A stretch of DNA of 64,000 nt from an uncultured Gammaproteobacteria bacterium (GTDB lineage Bacteria > Pseudomonadota > Gammaproteobacteria > Steroidobacterales > Foliamicaceae): the NCBI GenBank assembly GCA_951828235.1, contig OX639965.1:2458129-2522128 (forward strand). Reading direction: 5' to 3'. A program made the translations under genes and the position numbers. The notes below the pieces were generated by a model. The model searched no databases, was not told the DNA's origin, and saw only the letters and a program-made list of their open reading frames with translations. Of this stretch, positions 18,783 through 28,383 are shown piece by piece (position 1 is the stretch's first letter; every line of letters begins with the position of its first letter).

Positions 18783-20564
18783 ATGAGTTACCTGGTCCTG
18801 GCGCGCAAGTGGCGGCCGCGCAAGTTTTCGCAAGTCAAGGGGCAGCCGCATGCGGTGCGCGCATTGACCAACGCCATCAGCGCCGAGCGTGTTCATCACG
18901 CCTGGCTGTTCGCGGGAACGCGGGGGGTGGGCAAGACGACGCTGGCGCGGATTCTTGCCGCCGCCCTGAACTGCCAGAAAGGCGCCGTGCCGGAGCCCTG
19001 CGGCGAGTGCGGGAGTTGCAAGAGCATAGAGGACGGCAGTTTTGTCGACCTGATGGAGGTTGACGCCGCCTCGCGCACCAAGGTCGAGCAGACCCGCGAG
19101 CTTCTGGAGAACGTGCAGTACGCGCCGGCCTCGGGCAGCTACAAGATCTACCTGATTGACGAGGCGCACATGCTGAGCGCCTCATCCTTCAACGCGCTGC
19201 TGAAGACGCTGGAGGAGCCTCCCCCGCACGTGAAGTTCCTGCTCGCGACCACCGAGCCGCATCGTCTTCCGGTGACCGTGCTGTCGCGCTGCCTGCAGAT
19301 CAATCTGCGGTCCATGGACAGCGAGACCATCGGCGATCAACTCACCGCCATTTGCAAGGGCGAAGGAGTCGAAGCGGAGCCCGGGGCGCTGGCCCGGCTG
19401 GCCCGGGCCGCCAACGGCAGCATGCGCGACGCCCTGAGCCTGCTGGATCAGGCCATCGCCTACGGGGCGGACGCGGTGCGCGAATCCGACGTGGCCGACA
19501 TGCTCGGAGGCGCCGACCAGCCCAGCATCGTGCATCTCCTCAACGCGCTTGCCGTTGGCGACGGGGAGGCCCTGCTGAACGGCGCCAGGGAGCTGCGCGA
19601 GCGCCTGGCCGATCCGGCCAATATCCTTGCGGAAATGGCGGCGGCCCTGCAGCGCCTGGCCCTGCTGCAGACGGTGGGAGAGGGCGTTCTTGGCGAGGAC
19701 GACGAGTCCGGGATGCTTGCGCCGCTGGCCGAGGCGCTGCCCGCCGACCAGGTGCAGTTGCTCTACGAGATTGCGATACAGGGGCGCAGCAAGCTTGCGT
19801 TGGCCCCGGACCCGGGCCTTGGGCTGGAAATGACGCTGCTGCGCATGCTGGCGTTTCGGCCGGAAACGGCAGCCGGGAAGACGCAGGCGGGAGCGGCTGC
19901 CGTCGCGGCAGGCAATGGCGCCGCGGCCGGCGGGAGTGTGGTGAGCGCGTCGCGCCCGCATTCCCGGGAAGCCGCTGCTTTGCATGGACGCACACGCCCC
20001 GCGCCATCGGAAGCTCCCGAGCGGGCGCCGGAGGCGCGAGCCAGCGTGCCCGAGCCTGGTCCGGGGGAATCAGAGGAGGTCGCTCGCGAACCGGCTGAAG
20101 AGGACCGGAATCAAGAAGTTGCGCCTGCACCTGCGCCGGCGCGCGGCGGGGCATTGAGTTCGAAGGAATGGCCGGAGACGGTGGCCGGGCTGGGTCTTGA
20201 GGGACTTTCCGGGGACATCGCGGCGCACAGCGAGCTGGTGGACGCCAGTGACGGGTGCCTGCGGATTTGCCTGGACGGCGCCCACGAGAACCTGCTTACG
20301 GACGAAGCGCGGCAGGAACTGGCGTCCGCACTGCAGGCCGCATTGCCTGCAGTGCGGACGGTGGAGATTGAAATTGCCGGCGCCGGTAAAGGGGATACTC
20401 TGGCCGCCCGAAACCGGGCGGAAGAGCGCCGGCGCCAGCAGCGAGCCGAAGAAGAGTTCAAGGCTGATCCCTTCGTTCAGGCGTCGCTTGAGATATTCGA
20501 CGCAAAGATAGAAGTTGGATCCATCCGCCCGGTGGATTCCGCCGACGCCCAGCCCAAGCCGTGA
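18783..20564 (+). CDS. dnaX: DNA polymerase III subunit gamma/tau
   Basis: Motifs FSQVKGQPHAVRAL, GTRGVGKTTLARI, zinc module CGECGSCKSI and IDEAHML. Low-complexity linker and a tau C-terminal domain. Confidence 0.9.
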   Translation: MSYLVLARKWRPRKFSQVKGQPHAVRALTNAISAERVHHAWLFAGTRGVGKTTLARILAAALNCQKGAVPEPCGECGSCKSIEDGSFVDLMEVDAASRTKVEQTRELLENVQYAPASGSYKIYLIDEAHMLSASSFNALLKTLEEPPPHVKFLLATTEPHRLPVTVLSRCLQINLRSMDSETIGDQLTAICKGEGVEAEPGALARLARAANGSMRDALSLLDQAIAYGADAVRESDVADMLGGADQPSIVHLLNALAVGDGEALLNGARELRERLADPANILAEMAAALQRLALLQTVGEGVLGEDDESGMLAPLAEALPADQVQLLYEIAIQGRSKLALAPDPGLGLEMTLLRMLAFRPETAAGKTQAGAAAVAAGNGAAAGGSVVSASRPHSREAAALHGRTRPAPSEAPERAPEARASVPEPGPGESEEVAREPAEEDRNQEVAPAPAPARGGALSSKEWPETVAGLGLEGLSGDIAAHSELVDASDGCLRICLDGAHENLLTDEARQELASALQAALPAVRTVEIEIAGAGKGDTLAARNRAEERRRQQRAEEEFKADPFVQASLEIFDAKIEVGSIRPVDSADAQPKP

Positions 20565-21169
20565 CGGCCAGTGTCTTTCCGCCGCGCCTCGCCGAACTGC
20601 TGGAAGCGCTGAAATTTCTGCCGGGGGTAGGACCGCGCTCGGCGGAGCGCATGGTCCTGCACATGTTCGCCCGCGAGACCGAGGGGGCCCGGCGGCTGGC
20701 GCGCAGCCTGGCGGAGGCGCTGACATCGGTCAGGCCCTGTTCGCGTTGCGGCATGCTCGCCGACGGCGACCTGTGCCTGATCTGCCGATCGACGGGGCGC
20801 GATCCCGGCCAGTTGTGCGTGGTGGAATCGCCTTCGGACCTGGCCGCGGTGGAGTCTTCGGGCGCCTATCGCGGACTGTTCTTCGTGCTGTCTGGCCGGC
20901 TCTCGCCGCTGGATGGCATCGGGCCCGAGGAGCTGGGCCTCGAAAAGCTGGAGAAGCGCCTTGACGAGGGCGTCATCAAGGAACTCATCCTCGCCACCAG
21001 CGCGACTGTGGAGGGCGAGGCCACCGCCGCCTATCTGGGTCAGATGGCGCAGCGCCGCGGGATCAGGGCCACCCGCATCGCGCAGGGCGTTCCGCTTGGG
21101 GGTGAGCTGAGTTACGTCGACTCCGGCACGCTGTCTTCCGCGCTGGCGCAACGGCGGGAGGTGGATTAG
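20561..21169 (+). CDS. recR: recombination protein RecR
   Basis: Motif LPGVGPRSAERM, Cys4 CSRCGMLADGDLCLIC, Toprim-like ILATSATVEGEATAAYL. GTG start overlaps the dnaX stop. Confidence 0.9.
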   Translation: MTASVFPPRLAELLEALKFLPGVGPRSAERMVLHMFARETEGARRLARSLAEALTSVRPCSRCGMLADGDLCLICRSTGRDPGQLCVVESPSDLAAVESSGAYRGLFFVLSGRLSPLDGIGPEELGLEKLEKRLDEGVIKELILATSATVEGEATAAYLGQMAQRRGIRATRIAQGVPLGGELSYVDSGTLSSALAQRREVD

Positions 21170-21222
21170 GATGCTGTCCGGTTGCCTTGAGGGGGGACGT
21201 CCTTGTTCCCGGGGGATGCGGT

Positions 21223-22179
21223 ATGAGTGAGGAATATGTATCGACCATGCAGCCGTTTGCGGCGGGGGATATTTTTCTCGGCTGCACGCTGCTGAACGAT
21301 CCCGAGGACGATCACGCGGGGATCGGGCGGATTCTTCAGTACGACGTGGATTGCAGGCCCAAGGGGATTCTCTACACGGAGGGCACGCGTCACCTGGTGG
21401 GTGGGCTGGCAGTGGATCGGGACGGTGTGCTGTGGGCCTTTGACGATCACCTCGTCATTCACGTGAATCCCTCCACGGGGCGGCAACTGCCGAAGAAGGA
21501 ATTTCTGCCGCGCGTATACCGCAGCGCGAGTTTCGCCGGAGACGGCAGCGTGTACCTGGGTGAGCACCTGTGCGCGGACGCGCCGCCTCCGGGTATCGAG
21601 AAGCTGACGACGGTGGAATTTCCCAGGATTCCGGACAGCGGAAAGCTGGGCTACGGCAACATCTACCGCTATGACGCCGACTGGGACCTGGACCGCGTTT
21701 TCGAAGTCGAGAATGCGCCCGAACCGACCCGCTTCAAGGGCGTCACCCACTCCACGCTGCATCCGGATGAGCAGTCCATCACCTACACCACCGAGCTCGG
21801 CAAGCGCGTAATGCGTTACGACGTGGTGGAGGGTCGGCAGATGGAGGACCTGGTGACCTATCCGGGCGAAGACATCAGCGATGGACTTTTCGCAATTGCC
21901 GTGCGCTACCTGCCGGATGGCCGGCTGCTTCTGACCCGCGGCCGCACGATGGAGATGCTGGACGAGGAGGGCAGGGTAATGCGCGATTACGAACTACCGG
22001 AATACGGCTGGTCCGACATCTCGTGCTGCGGAGACCCGCGATTCGCGCTTATCAGCAACATCTTCACCGGAATCATGCTCAAGGTTGACCTTGAGACCGG
22101 GGAATTCGTGGGCCGCATCGATACCGGTCAGCGCAAGCCCTTGCGGGCGCTCGCCGGCGTCGCCGAGTTTCCCGGCTAG
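21223..22179 (+). CDS. hypothetical protein (possibly beta-propeller-like)
   Basis: 318-aa ORF from MSEEYV with coding-like composition. No motif recognised. Confidence 0.45.
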   Translation: MSEEYVSTMQPFAAGDIFLGCTLLNDPEDDHAGIGRILQYDVDCRPKGILYTEGTRHLVGGLAVDRDGVLWAFDDHLVIHVNPSTGRQLPKKEFLPRVYRSASFAGDGSVYLGEHLCADAPPPGIEKLTTVEFPRIPDSGKLGYGNIYRYDADWDLDRVFEVENAPEPTRFKGVTHSTLHPDEQSITYTTELGKRVMRYDVVEGRQMEDLVTYPGEDISDGLFAIAVRYLPDGRLLLTRGRTMEMLDEEGRVMRDYELPEYGWSDISCCGDPRFALISNIFTGIMLKVDLETGEFVGRIDTGQRKPLRALAGVAEFPG

Positions 22180-22209
22180 CCTTCCCTCCCGGGGACGTTC
22201 CGCCCGCGA

Positions 22210-23127
22210 CTAAACGGACGCGGCCAGTTCCTCGAATTCGCGCAGCAGCGCGAGATAGCCGGCGTGCCGCCCGGCCGGCAGGCGCCCCGCGGCGACCGCC
22301 TCCAGCACGCAACAGCCCGGCTCATTGCGGTGCCGGCAGTTGGCGAACCGGCATTCCTGGGCCAGGGCGGAAAACTCCGGGAAGCCGGCCTGAAGGTCGC
22401 CGTAATCGCTCAGAACAGGCATGAGGGAACGCACCCCCGGAAGATCCATTACCCGTCCGCCGCCGGGCAGGGAATACATGGCCGCCGCCGCCGTGGTGTG
22501 ACGTCCCCGCCGCCCCTTTTCCGAAAGCTCGCCCGCCGTGGCGGCTTCCTGACCCAACAGGGCGTTCACCAGCGTGGACTTGCCCCCGCCGGATTGCCCC
22601 GCCAGCACGCTCGTATGCGCCCTGAGGCGGCGCCTGAGACGGCCGACCCGCGCGCCGGTAAGTGCGCTGGCCGTGACGATGTCGAATCCCGCGGCTTCAT
22701 ACTCGCGCAGGCGCTCGGGCTTTCCGCGTTTCAGGTCCAGCTTGTTCCAGACAATCAGGCCTTCGGCCGAGGATCCGGCGGCGGCGCAAAGCAGCCGGTC
22801 GACGAGTTCATAATCGGGCGCGGGCTCCGGCGCCGCTACGATCGCAAGCAGCGTGAAGTTGGCGGCCACCAGCTCGGTGCGTCCTCTCGCGGCCGCCCGC
22901 GCCAGCTCGTTGCGACGCGGGAGGATGGCGCGCAGCAGGGCCGGCGAGTCATCGCTGCGCAGTTCGAACCTCACCCGGTCACCGCAAACCGGCTGATGGC
23001 GGCGGCTTGCCGCAAGAAATGGCAGCTCTTCCCCGGAGTCGGTTTCCATGCGGCCGCGGCGCCCGTAACAGGCAGTAACCAGTCCCGGGTTGCCGGGATT
23101 TTGCGATACTACTGCCGGTTTCGGCAT
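22210..23127 (-). CDS. rsgA: ribosome small-subunit-dependent GTPase A
   Basis: Circularly permuted GTPase: NKLDL comes before GQSGGGKSTLVNALLG. C-terminal zinc motif CRFANCRHRNEPGC. Confidence 0.85.
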   Translation of the reverse strand: MPKPAVVSQNPGNPGLVTACYGRRGRMETDSGEELPFLAASRRHQPVCGDRVRFELRSDDSPALLRAILPRRNELARAAARGRTELVAANFTLLAIVAAPEPAPDYELVDRLLCAAAGSSAEGLIVWNKLDLKRGKPERLREYEAAGFDIVTASALTGARVGRLRRRLRAHTSVLAGQSGGGKSTLVNALLGQEAATAGELSEKGRRGRHTTAAAAMYSLPGGGRVMDLPGVRSLMPVLSDYGDLQAGFPEFSALAQECRFANCRHRNEPGCCVLEAVAAGRLPAGRHAGYLALLREFEELAASV

Positions 23128-23169
23128 ATTGCGGCTAGAATCCGCGCCCGAACGACTCGGGAGGTTTAC

Positions 23170-23718
23170 TTGGGCAAGAATGATTCACGACTGGTTTGGA
23201 TCGACCTGGAAATGACCGGGCTCGACCCGTTGCGGGACCAGATCATCGAGATCGCGACGGTCGTAACCGACGGGAGCCTCGAGATCGTGGCCGAGGGACC
23301 GAACATCGTTATCCATCAGCCGCGTTCGGTGATGTACGAAATGGACGACTGGAACACCCGTACGCACACGGCGTCGGGTTTGTTTGCCGAGGTCCTGGCG
23401 AGCCGGATCAGTACCGAGGAGGCGGAACGCACCACCCTGGAATTCCTCAAGGAGCACTGCCGGCCCAAGAGCTCGCCCATGTGCGGCGCCAGCATCTGCC
23501 AGGACCGGCGTTTTCTCTCTCGCGCCATGCCGGACCTGGCGGCATTCTTCCATTACCGCAACCTGGACGTGAGCAGCATCAAGATTCTCGCGGGCCTGTG
23601 GAATCCCGCGGCGCTCGATGGCGTCGAAAAGGATGACCGGCACCGTGCGAAGAGCGACATCCTCGCCTCGATCGTCGAGCTCAGGCACTACCGCGAAGCG
23701 ATGTTTCGTTCAAGCTGA
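23170..23718 (+). CDS. orn: oligoribonuclease
   Basis: Motif LVWIDLEMTGLDPLRDQIIEIATVVTD plus DEDDh motifs. Start inferred at TTG 23170 behind a GGGAGG RBS. Divergent from rsgA, as is commonly seen. Confidence 0.85.
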   Translation: MGKNDSRLVWIDLEMTGLDPLRDQIIEIATVVTDGSLEIVAEGPNIVIHQPRSVMYEMDDWNTRTHTASGLFAEVLASRISTEEAERTTLEFLKEHCRPKSSPMCGASICQDRRFLSRAMPDLAAFFHYRNLDVSSIKILAGLWNPAALDGVEKDDRHRAKSDILASIVELRHYREAMFRSS

Positions 23719-24090
23719 GGCGGCGGCCACGAACAGCCCGATCACCGCTACCATGCCGCCAAACCAGGCCAGCGAGCGTGCGGTGGAACGATCCATCAGA
23801 TAGAAAACGCCGTGCAGCGTGCGCGACACGATGAACAGCGCCGCAAGCCAGTCCACCATGGATTGATCCGCACCCACAAAATGCGCGGTGAGCACGGCGG
23901 CCGCGAACGGCGCAAAGGCTTCCCAGGCATTCTGTTGCGCCCAAACCGCCCTCTGCCTCCAGCCCTCCTGGGACGCCAGCCAGTCGCGAGGACGGGAATT
24001 GTCGTATTTCGGGAAGCCCCATTTCGCCGTGACCGACCACAACAGCGGCAGCCACAGTCCGACGAACACGCACCACAATGCAAAGGTCAT
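23710..24090 (-). CDS. MAPEG-family membrane protein
   Basis: Motif AQQNAWEAFAPFAAAVL...RTLHGVFYL. Start chosen at MTFALW (24090). Confidence 0.7.
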   Translation of the reverse strand: MTFALWCVFVGLWLPLLWSVTAKWGFPKYDNSRPRDWLASQEGWRQRAVWAQQNAWEAFAPFAAAVLTAHFVGADQSMVDWLAALFIVSRTLHGVFYLMDRSTARSLAWFGGMVAVIGLFVAAASA

Positions 24091-24100
24091 AAGCGGATTC

Positions 24101-25003
24101 TCAGGTTGCCAGAGCAGCATCGGCGCCGGCCGTTGCCTTCTGCCTCCGGAAGAACCAGATCAGGCCGCCCGCGAACGCCAGGGCGATGGCCACGTTGGTG
24201 ATCGGGAATCGAAAGGGGTAGATCCAGGGTTCCGTGTAGAGCTGCCACGCGGAGCCGACCTCGATACCGAACCAGAAGATGTTGGCCACGGGAACCGCGT
24301 AGCGCAGCGCAGCCGCGGGCCGCCTGAAAGGCAGCATGCGGAAGATCAGCAGCCATATCGCCCACAAGGCGATGACGACGACGGTGGCGATCGTCGCCCA
24401 GTGTGTGGGCCCCAGAATCCGGGGGTCGAAAAGGAGCAGGATCAGCACGTAGAAGAACCAGTTGATCATGATCACTTCCAGCGCCACGATTCGGGAGAAC
24501 TGGCGCTTGTAGCCTGGGGTACGGCGCGCGGGCGTGAGCTTGAGGTTGCGGTGGAACCACATGAACATCCGGCAGTGGGTGTCCTTGTTGGAACCCAGCC
24601 AGATCAGCAATGCCACCAGGAAGATGCCGGTGGCCTGCAGGAGAAGCAGGTTGGCCGTAAAGAGTTCAACCCCCATATACATCAGAGGTTCCGGGTTAAG
24701 CCAATGGCCGAAGAACTCCAAACCGCCCTCCATCCAGCCCGACCAGATCAGCGCGCCGCCCATGAAGCCCATCACCGTGGCCGGGAGTTCGTCGCGGTTG
24801 AACCCCTTCCACACCAGCACCCAACCTATCAGGCCGACGATGACGCTGGTCGAGTACATGGCGCCGGGTTCGAGCAGTCCGAACTGCAGCACTACCAGCG
24901 TGTGCGCCAGCGGCGTCCAGAGCAACACGGTGGCGAAGGCGAAAAGCCCCAAGAGCGGCGGACGCATCAGCGCTCCATTGGTTACCCTCAGCAGTGCGGC
25001 CAT
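24101..25003 (-). CDS. polytopic membrane protein, function unknown
   Basis: 300-aa strongly hydrophobic ORF. Confidence 0.5.
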   Translation of the reverse strand: MAALLRVTNGALMRPPLLGLFAFATVLLWTPLAHTLVVLQFGLLEPGAMYSTSVIVGLIGWVLVWKGFNRDELPATVMGFMGGALIWSGWMEGGLEFFGHWLNPEPLMYMGVELFTANLLLLQATGIFLVALLIWLGSNKDTHCRMFMWFHRNLKLTPARRTPGYKRQFSRIVALEVIMINWFFYVLILLLFDPRILGPTHWATIATVVVIALWAIWLLIFRMLPFRRPAAALRYAVPVANIFWFGIEVGSAWQLYTEPWIYPFRFPITNVAIALAFAGGLIWFFRRQKATAGADAALAT

Positions 25004-25097
25004 GGCGTTTCTCCTTGCGCGAAAATCAGTGAGCCGAGATTACTCGCGCCGACTGACCGGCGCAAGCGGTTTCGAGTCTGCTATATTCCGGTTTCTC

Positions 25098-25619
25098 ATG
25101 CTTGCGCTCACAAGAGTCTCCCGGCAACTCGCTCCGGCAATGCTTCTCGGCAACCGGCCGCTGGGCCTGGGCGCATTGATCGACATGTATGAACGCAACT
25201 ACGCAGGCCTCTGGCGGCTGTTCGGCCATGCCCTGCGGCAGCCGGGATGGCACGTGTCGCACAGCCCGGTCAACGGCGAGCTGCACATCGAGGTGGAGCG
25301 CAGATCGGCCTTTACGACCGTGTTGCGCATGACCTATCTGTTCCCCGACGAGGGCAACGATGAAGCCGAACCCGACCTGATCGTCAACCTGTACGACGAC
25401 GCGCGGGTCGCGGAGGTGGTCCACTGGTCACAGCGCTACGGCGCCTGCTGCGACGCGCCGGGGGGTTTTGCCGATTGCTGGCGGCGTAACTGCGTTCTGG
25501 GCAAGTGGCTCGATTTTCTGACCGATTCGCACCACGGCCCGGTGCGGGCGAGCAGCGCGGCGCCCCCGCCGTTTCAGTGCAGGGAACTGCTGGCGGCTGC
25601 CGGAGAAGAGGCCGCCTGA
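25098..25619 (+). CDS. DUF1249 (YqiB-like) protein
   Basis: Motifs YERNYAGLWRLF, VNLYDDARVAEVV and LGKWLDFL resemble the YqiB pattern. Start at ATG 25098. Confidence 0.65.
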   Translation: MLALTRVSRQLAPAMLLGNRPLGLGALIDMYERNYAGLWRLFGHALRQPGWHVSHSPVNGELHIEVERRSAFTTVLRMTYLFPDEGNDEAEPDLIVNLYDDARVAEVVHWSQRYGACCDAPGGFADCWRRNCVLGKWLDFLTDSHHGPVRASSAAPPPFQCRELLAAAGEEAA

Positions 25620-27712
25620 AGCCGCAGCAGGTCGACGACCACCTCGGAGGCCTGCTCCAGGGCCACGTCCGGCAGGTCCATCTCTCTTAATTCCTCCAGG
25701 CTTTCGATCGGTTCCAGTCTGTTCTCCGCCAGCCATTTGTTGGTTATGGCCAGCCGTTGCGCGCGGCGGCTTTCCTGGTCCGCCCGCCGCCGCTCAAGAT
25801 GGATGGGCTCCGATTTCCGCTCGGTCATCTTCCGCATGGCCTGAATGCGGCCTTTCAGCAGTCTCAGGTCCGGGTCCTCCGATTCCCGCTGCTGGTGATT
25901 GGCCACCAGCATGCTCAAGGTCGCTCCGTCCACGCTTCGTCCCTGGTACTCCGTTTGCGGAATGGTGTCCCAGGGCAGGGCGTTGTCGCTGGCGCTTTCG
26001 CCTATGTCCTCCCCGATGACCTGGTTCGGGAACACCAGGGGTAATTCCGCAGCGGCCGCCGAAAGCGTGATATCGGGCGCGACCCCCCGGTTCTGCGTGC
26101 TCTCGCCGGTTACGCGGTAGTACTTGCCCATGGTCAGCGTCAGGCGTCCGGGCGTTTCCTCGCCGCGCCGGCGAATCTGGTAGATGTTCTGCACCGTTCC
26201 CTTGCCGAAGGTGCGCTGTCCAACCACCACGCCGCGGCCGTAATCCTGGATGGCCGCCGCCAGGATTTCCGAGGCGGAAGCGCTGAGCCGGTCGACCAGC
26301 ACCACCAGCGGCCCGTCCCAGACCGATTGCTGGCGCCGGTTCTGCAGCACCTGTGTGCGGAATTCCGAGTCGCGCACCTGGACTACCGGCCCCTTGCCGA
26401 CAAACAGGCCGGCCAGCGAGATCGCTTCGTTCAGGTGTCCGCCTCCATTGCGCCGCAGATCCAGGACCAGGCCGGTCGCTCCTTCGGATTTCAGTTCCGA
26501 AATCAGGCGCTTCACGTCGCGGGCCGAACTGGGGTAGTCCTCGACACCCGCCTGGCGGCCTTCCATGTCGAAGTAGAAGTTGGGGATGCGGACGACGCCG
26601 ACGCTGAATTCGGCGCCTTCGCGCTCGACGTTGAGCAGCTCCTTTTCCGCTCCCATCAGGCGAACGCGGCCGCGCGTCAGCTCCAGCATGAACGAATCGC
26701 TTCCGGCAGTATCGCCACCGGGAAGGATGCGCAGAGACACCGGCGTATCCAAAGGTCCGCGAATCAACTCCACGACGTCCTCAAGCCGCCATCCCACGAC
26801 GTCGGTTACGTCGCCCGATGCAATGCTGTCAACGCCGGTTATGCGATCGCCGGCGCGCAGGCGCCCGTCCTTCTCGGCGGGCCCACCGGGCAGCACCTCC
26901 CGCACGAGAATGTAGTCGTCCTCCAGCCCCAGTGAAGCCCCGATTCCGTGGTAGGCACGGCTCATCTGGATGCGGTATTCCTCGTAGTTGTGCGGTGAAA
27001 AATAGGTGGAATGCGGATCCAGGGTGTGGGTGAACGCGTTCATGAAAACCGAGAACACGTCATCGGCGTCCTGCCCGTACAGGGACTTGCGCTGCCGCTC
27101 ATAGCGCTTGCGGAGCGCCTCGGCGGCCTCGTCGTAACTGCGTTCGTCCAGTATGAGATTGATGAGCTCGTACCGGACCCGGTCGCGCCAGATTTCGAGC
27201 ATCTGATCCTGACTGGCGGGACGTGGCGCGTCCTCGCGGTCGCGGATCCAGGTACGGTCCGTATTCAATTCCGGTACGGTTTCGAGGTATTTCAGGGCGA
27301 AATCGAAATAGCTGGTCATGCGCGCCCGGAAAAGCCGGTAGATTTCCAGCACCGGATCGAGTTCGCCCCGCTGCATGGCGTCGTCCAGCCGCGCGCCGTA
27401 CTTGTTGAGGAAGTATTCCTCCTGGTGCTTGAGGAAATAGAGCTTCTGTCCGTCCAGCAGATCGATATAGTTGCGCAGCGTGTCTCTCGACAGGCTGTCG
27501 TTGACCGAAATATGTTCGTAGTGGGCCCGCTCGGCGTAGGTCACCACGCGCTGCACGGTTTCCCGGTGTCTGTCGGTGATCCGCAGGGTCTCCGGCCGTT
27601 CGCCGGTCGCGGCGGGTACCGGCAGCTGGGCGCCGAGCGCCAGCAGCATTGCAAGGGCCGCGAGAGTCAGCTTTTTGGCCGGCCCCGATGTGCGCGCAGT
27701 TATGATTTGCAT
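25574..27712 (-). CDS. prc: tail-specific (C-terminal processing) protease, S41 family
   Basis: Start MQIITARTSGPAKKLTLAALAMLLALG at 27712. PDZ region, then SASASEILAAAIQDYGRGVVVGQRTFGKGTVQ. Confidence 0.85.
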   Translation of the reverse strand: MQIITARTSGPAKKLTLAALAMLLALGAQLPVPAATGERPETLRITDRHRETVQRVVTYAERAHYEHISVNDSLSRDTLRNYIDLLDGQKLYFLKHQEEYFLNKYGARLDDAMQRGELDPVLEIYRLFRARMTSYFDFALKYLETVPELNTDRTWIRDREDAPRPASQDQMLEIWRDRVRYELINLILDERSYDEAAEALRKRYERQRKSLYGQDADDVFSVFMNAFTHTLDPHSTYFSPHNYEEYRIQMSRAYHGIGASLGLEDDYILVREVLPGGPAEKDGRLRAGDRITGVDSIASGDVTDVVGWRLEDVVELIRGPLDTPVSLRILPGGDTAGSDSFMLELTRGRVRLMGAEKELLNVEREGAEFSVGVVRIPNFYFDMEGRQAGVEDYPSSARDVKRLISELKSEGATGLVLDLRRNGGGHLNEAISLAGLFVGKGPVVQVRDSEFRTQVLQNRRQQSVWDGPLVVLVDRLSASASEILAAAIQDYGRGVVVGQRTFGKGTVQNIYQIRRRGEETPGRLTLTMGKYYRVTGESTQNRGVAPDITLSAAAAELPLVFPNQVIGEDIGESASDNALPWDTIPQTEYQGRSVDGATLSMLVANHQQRESEDPDLRLLKGRIQAMRKMTERKSEPIHLERRRADQESRRAQRLAITNKWLAENRLEPIESLEELREMDLPDVALEQASEVVVDLLRLQAASSPAAASSSLH

Positions 27713-27754
27713 GCGAAGCAGTCGTTTTTGTCCTCGGCGGATCATACCAGCAGC

Positions 27755-28042
27755 ATGCGCCCCTTCGGAATTCTTCTTGGCGTTTTTCTTGGCAGTTGCG
27801 TGGCCATATTCGCGGGGCTTGCCATTGTCTGCTTTACGTTCTGGGTGATCATGGAAGACTATCCGCGCCTGGAGGCGGAATTGCCCCTCTTGCTGCTCGC
27901 GACAGCCATGTTCGGCGGGTGTTCGGCATTGGGCGGAATGGGCATGTGGGGCCACCTGCGCCGGACGGCCTGGAGGTGGGCGCCGCTTTGCCTGTTCTGG
28001 GTGTCGCTGGTGGCCGTTGGCGCGTATTTCTGGCCGGGCTAG
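27755..28042 (+). CDS. small membrane protein
   Basis: 95 aa with three hydrophobic stretches. Only the 3' part of ORF 27011..28042 looks coding. Confidence 0.35.
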   Translation: MRPFGILLGVFLGSCVAIFAGLAIVCFTFWVIMEDYPRLEAELPLLLLATAMFGGCSALGGMGMWGHLRRTAWRWAPLCLFWVSLVAVGAYFWPG

Positions 28043-28308
28043 CGCCCGTATTTCTTCCAGGCGACGAGAGCGCCCCAGCCGATCTGGAAGATGATCAGCG
28101 GTCCCAGGAGAAAGATAAGCCCGGCGCCGCCGAAACTCAGCGCATCGACGTAGATGCTGCTCCAGAACACCAGCAGCCCCCCGGGGTCGGCGTATTCGCC
28201 CGCGGCCTTGCCGCCCATCCAGTAGGCGACGACCGGGCCGGCCAGCAGTCCCAGCAGCACCGCGCCGGCCGATCCCGCCGCCCACGGCAGGGACAATCGC
28301 TTCAGCAT
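28039..28308 (-). CDS. small membrane protein
   Basis: 89 aa starting MLKRLSLPWAAGSAGAVLLGLLAG. Convergent with the previous gene, with overlapping stops. Confidence 0.35.
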   Translation of the reverse strand: MLKRLSLPWAAGSAGAVLLGLLAGPVVAYWMGGKAAGEYADPGGLLVFWSSIYVDALSFGGAGLIFLLGPLIIFQIGWGALVAWKKYGR

Positions 28309-28383
28309 TCCCACACCATCCGATTGTGCCCAACAAGCCTTAGAATGCAACTTCGATTCGCGAATTGCGCGGGAGGAGGCACA

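Noticed and set aside
18783-20564. Programmed -1 frameshift or transcriptional slippage site producing the gamma subunit from dnaX.
   Set aside because: I saw no A-rich slippery heptamer or long A-run anywhere in the gene. The possibility cannot be excluded without experiments.
22264-23718. 484-aa ORF spanning the rsgA antisense strand and orn.
   Set aside because: Only the last 182 codons (from TTG 23170, behind a GGGAGG RBS) match oligoribonuclease. The upstream part is antisense to rsgA.
25574-28336. 920-aa ORF as a giant Prc protein.
   Set aside because: The N-terminal 208 codons are Arg/Gly-rich and overlap two small membrane-protein genes. A signal peptide begins at the internal Met (27712).
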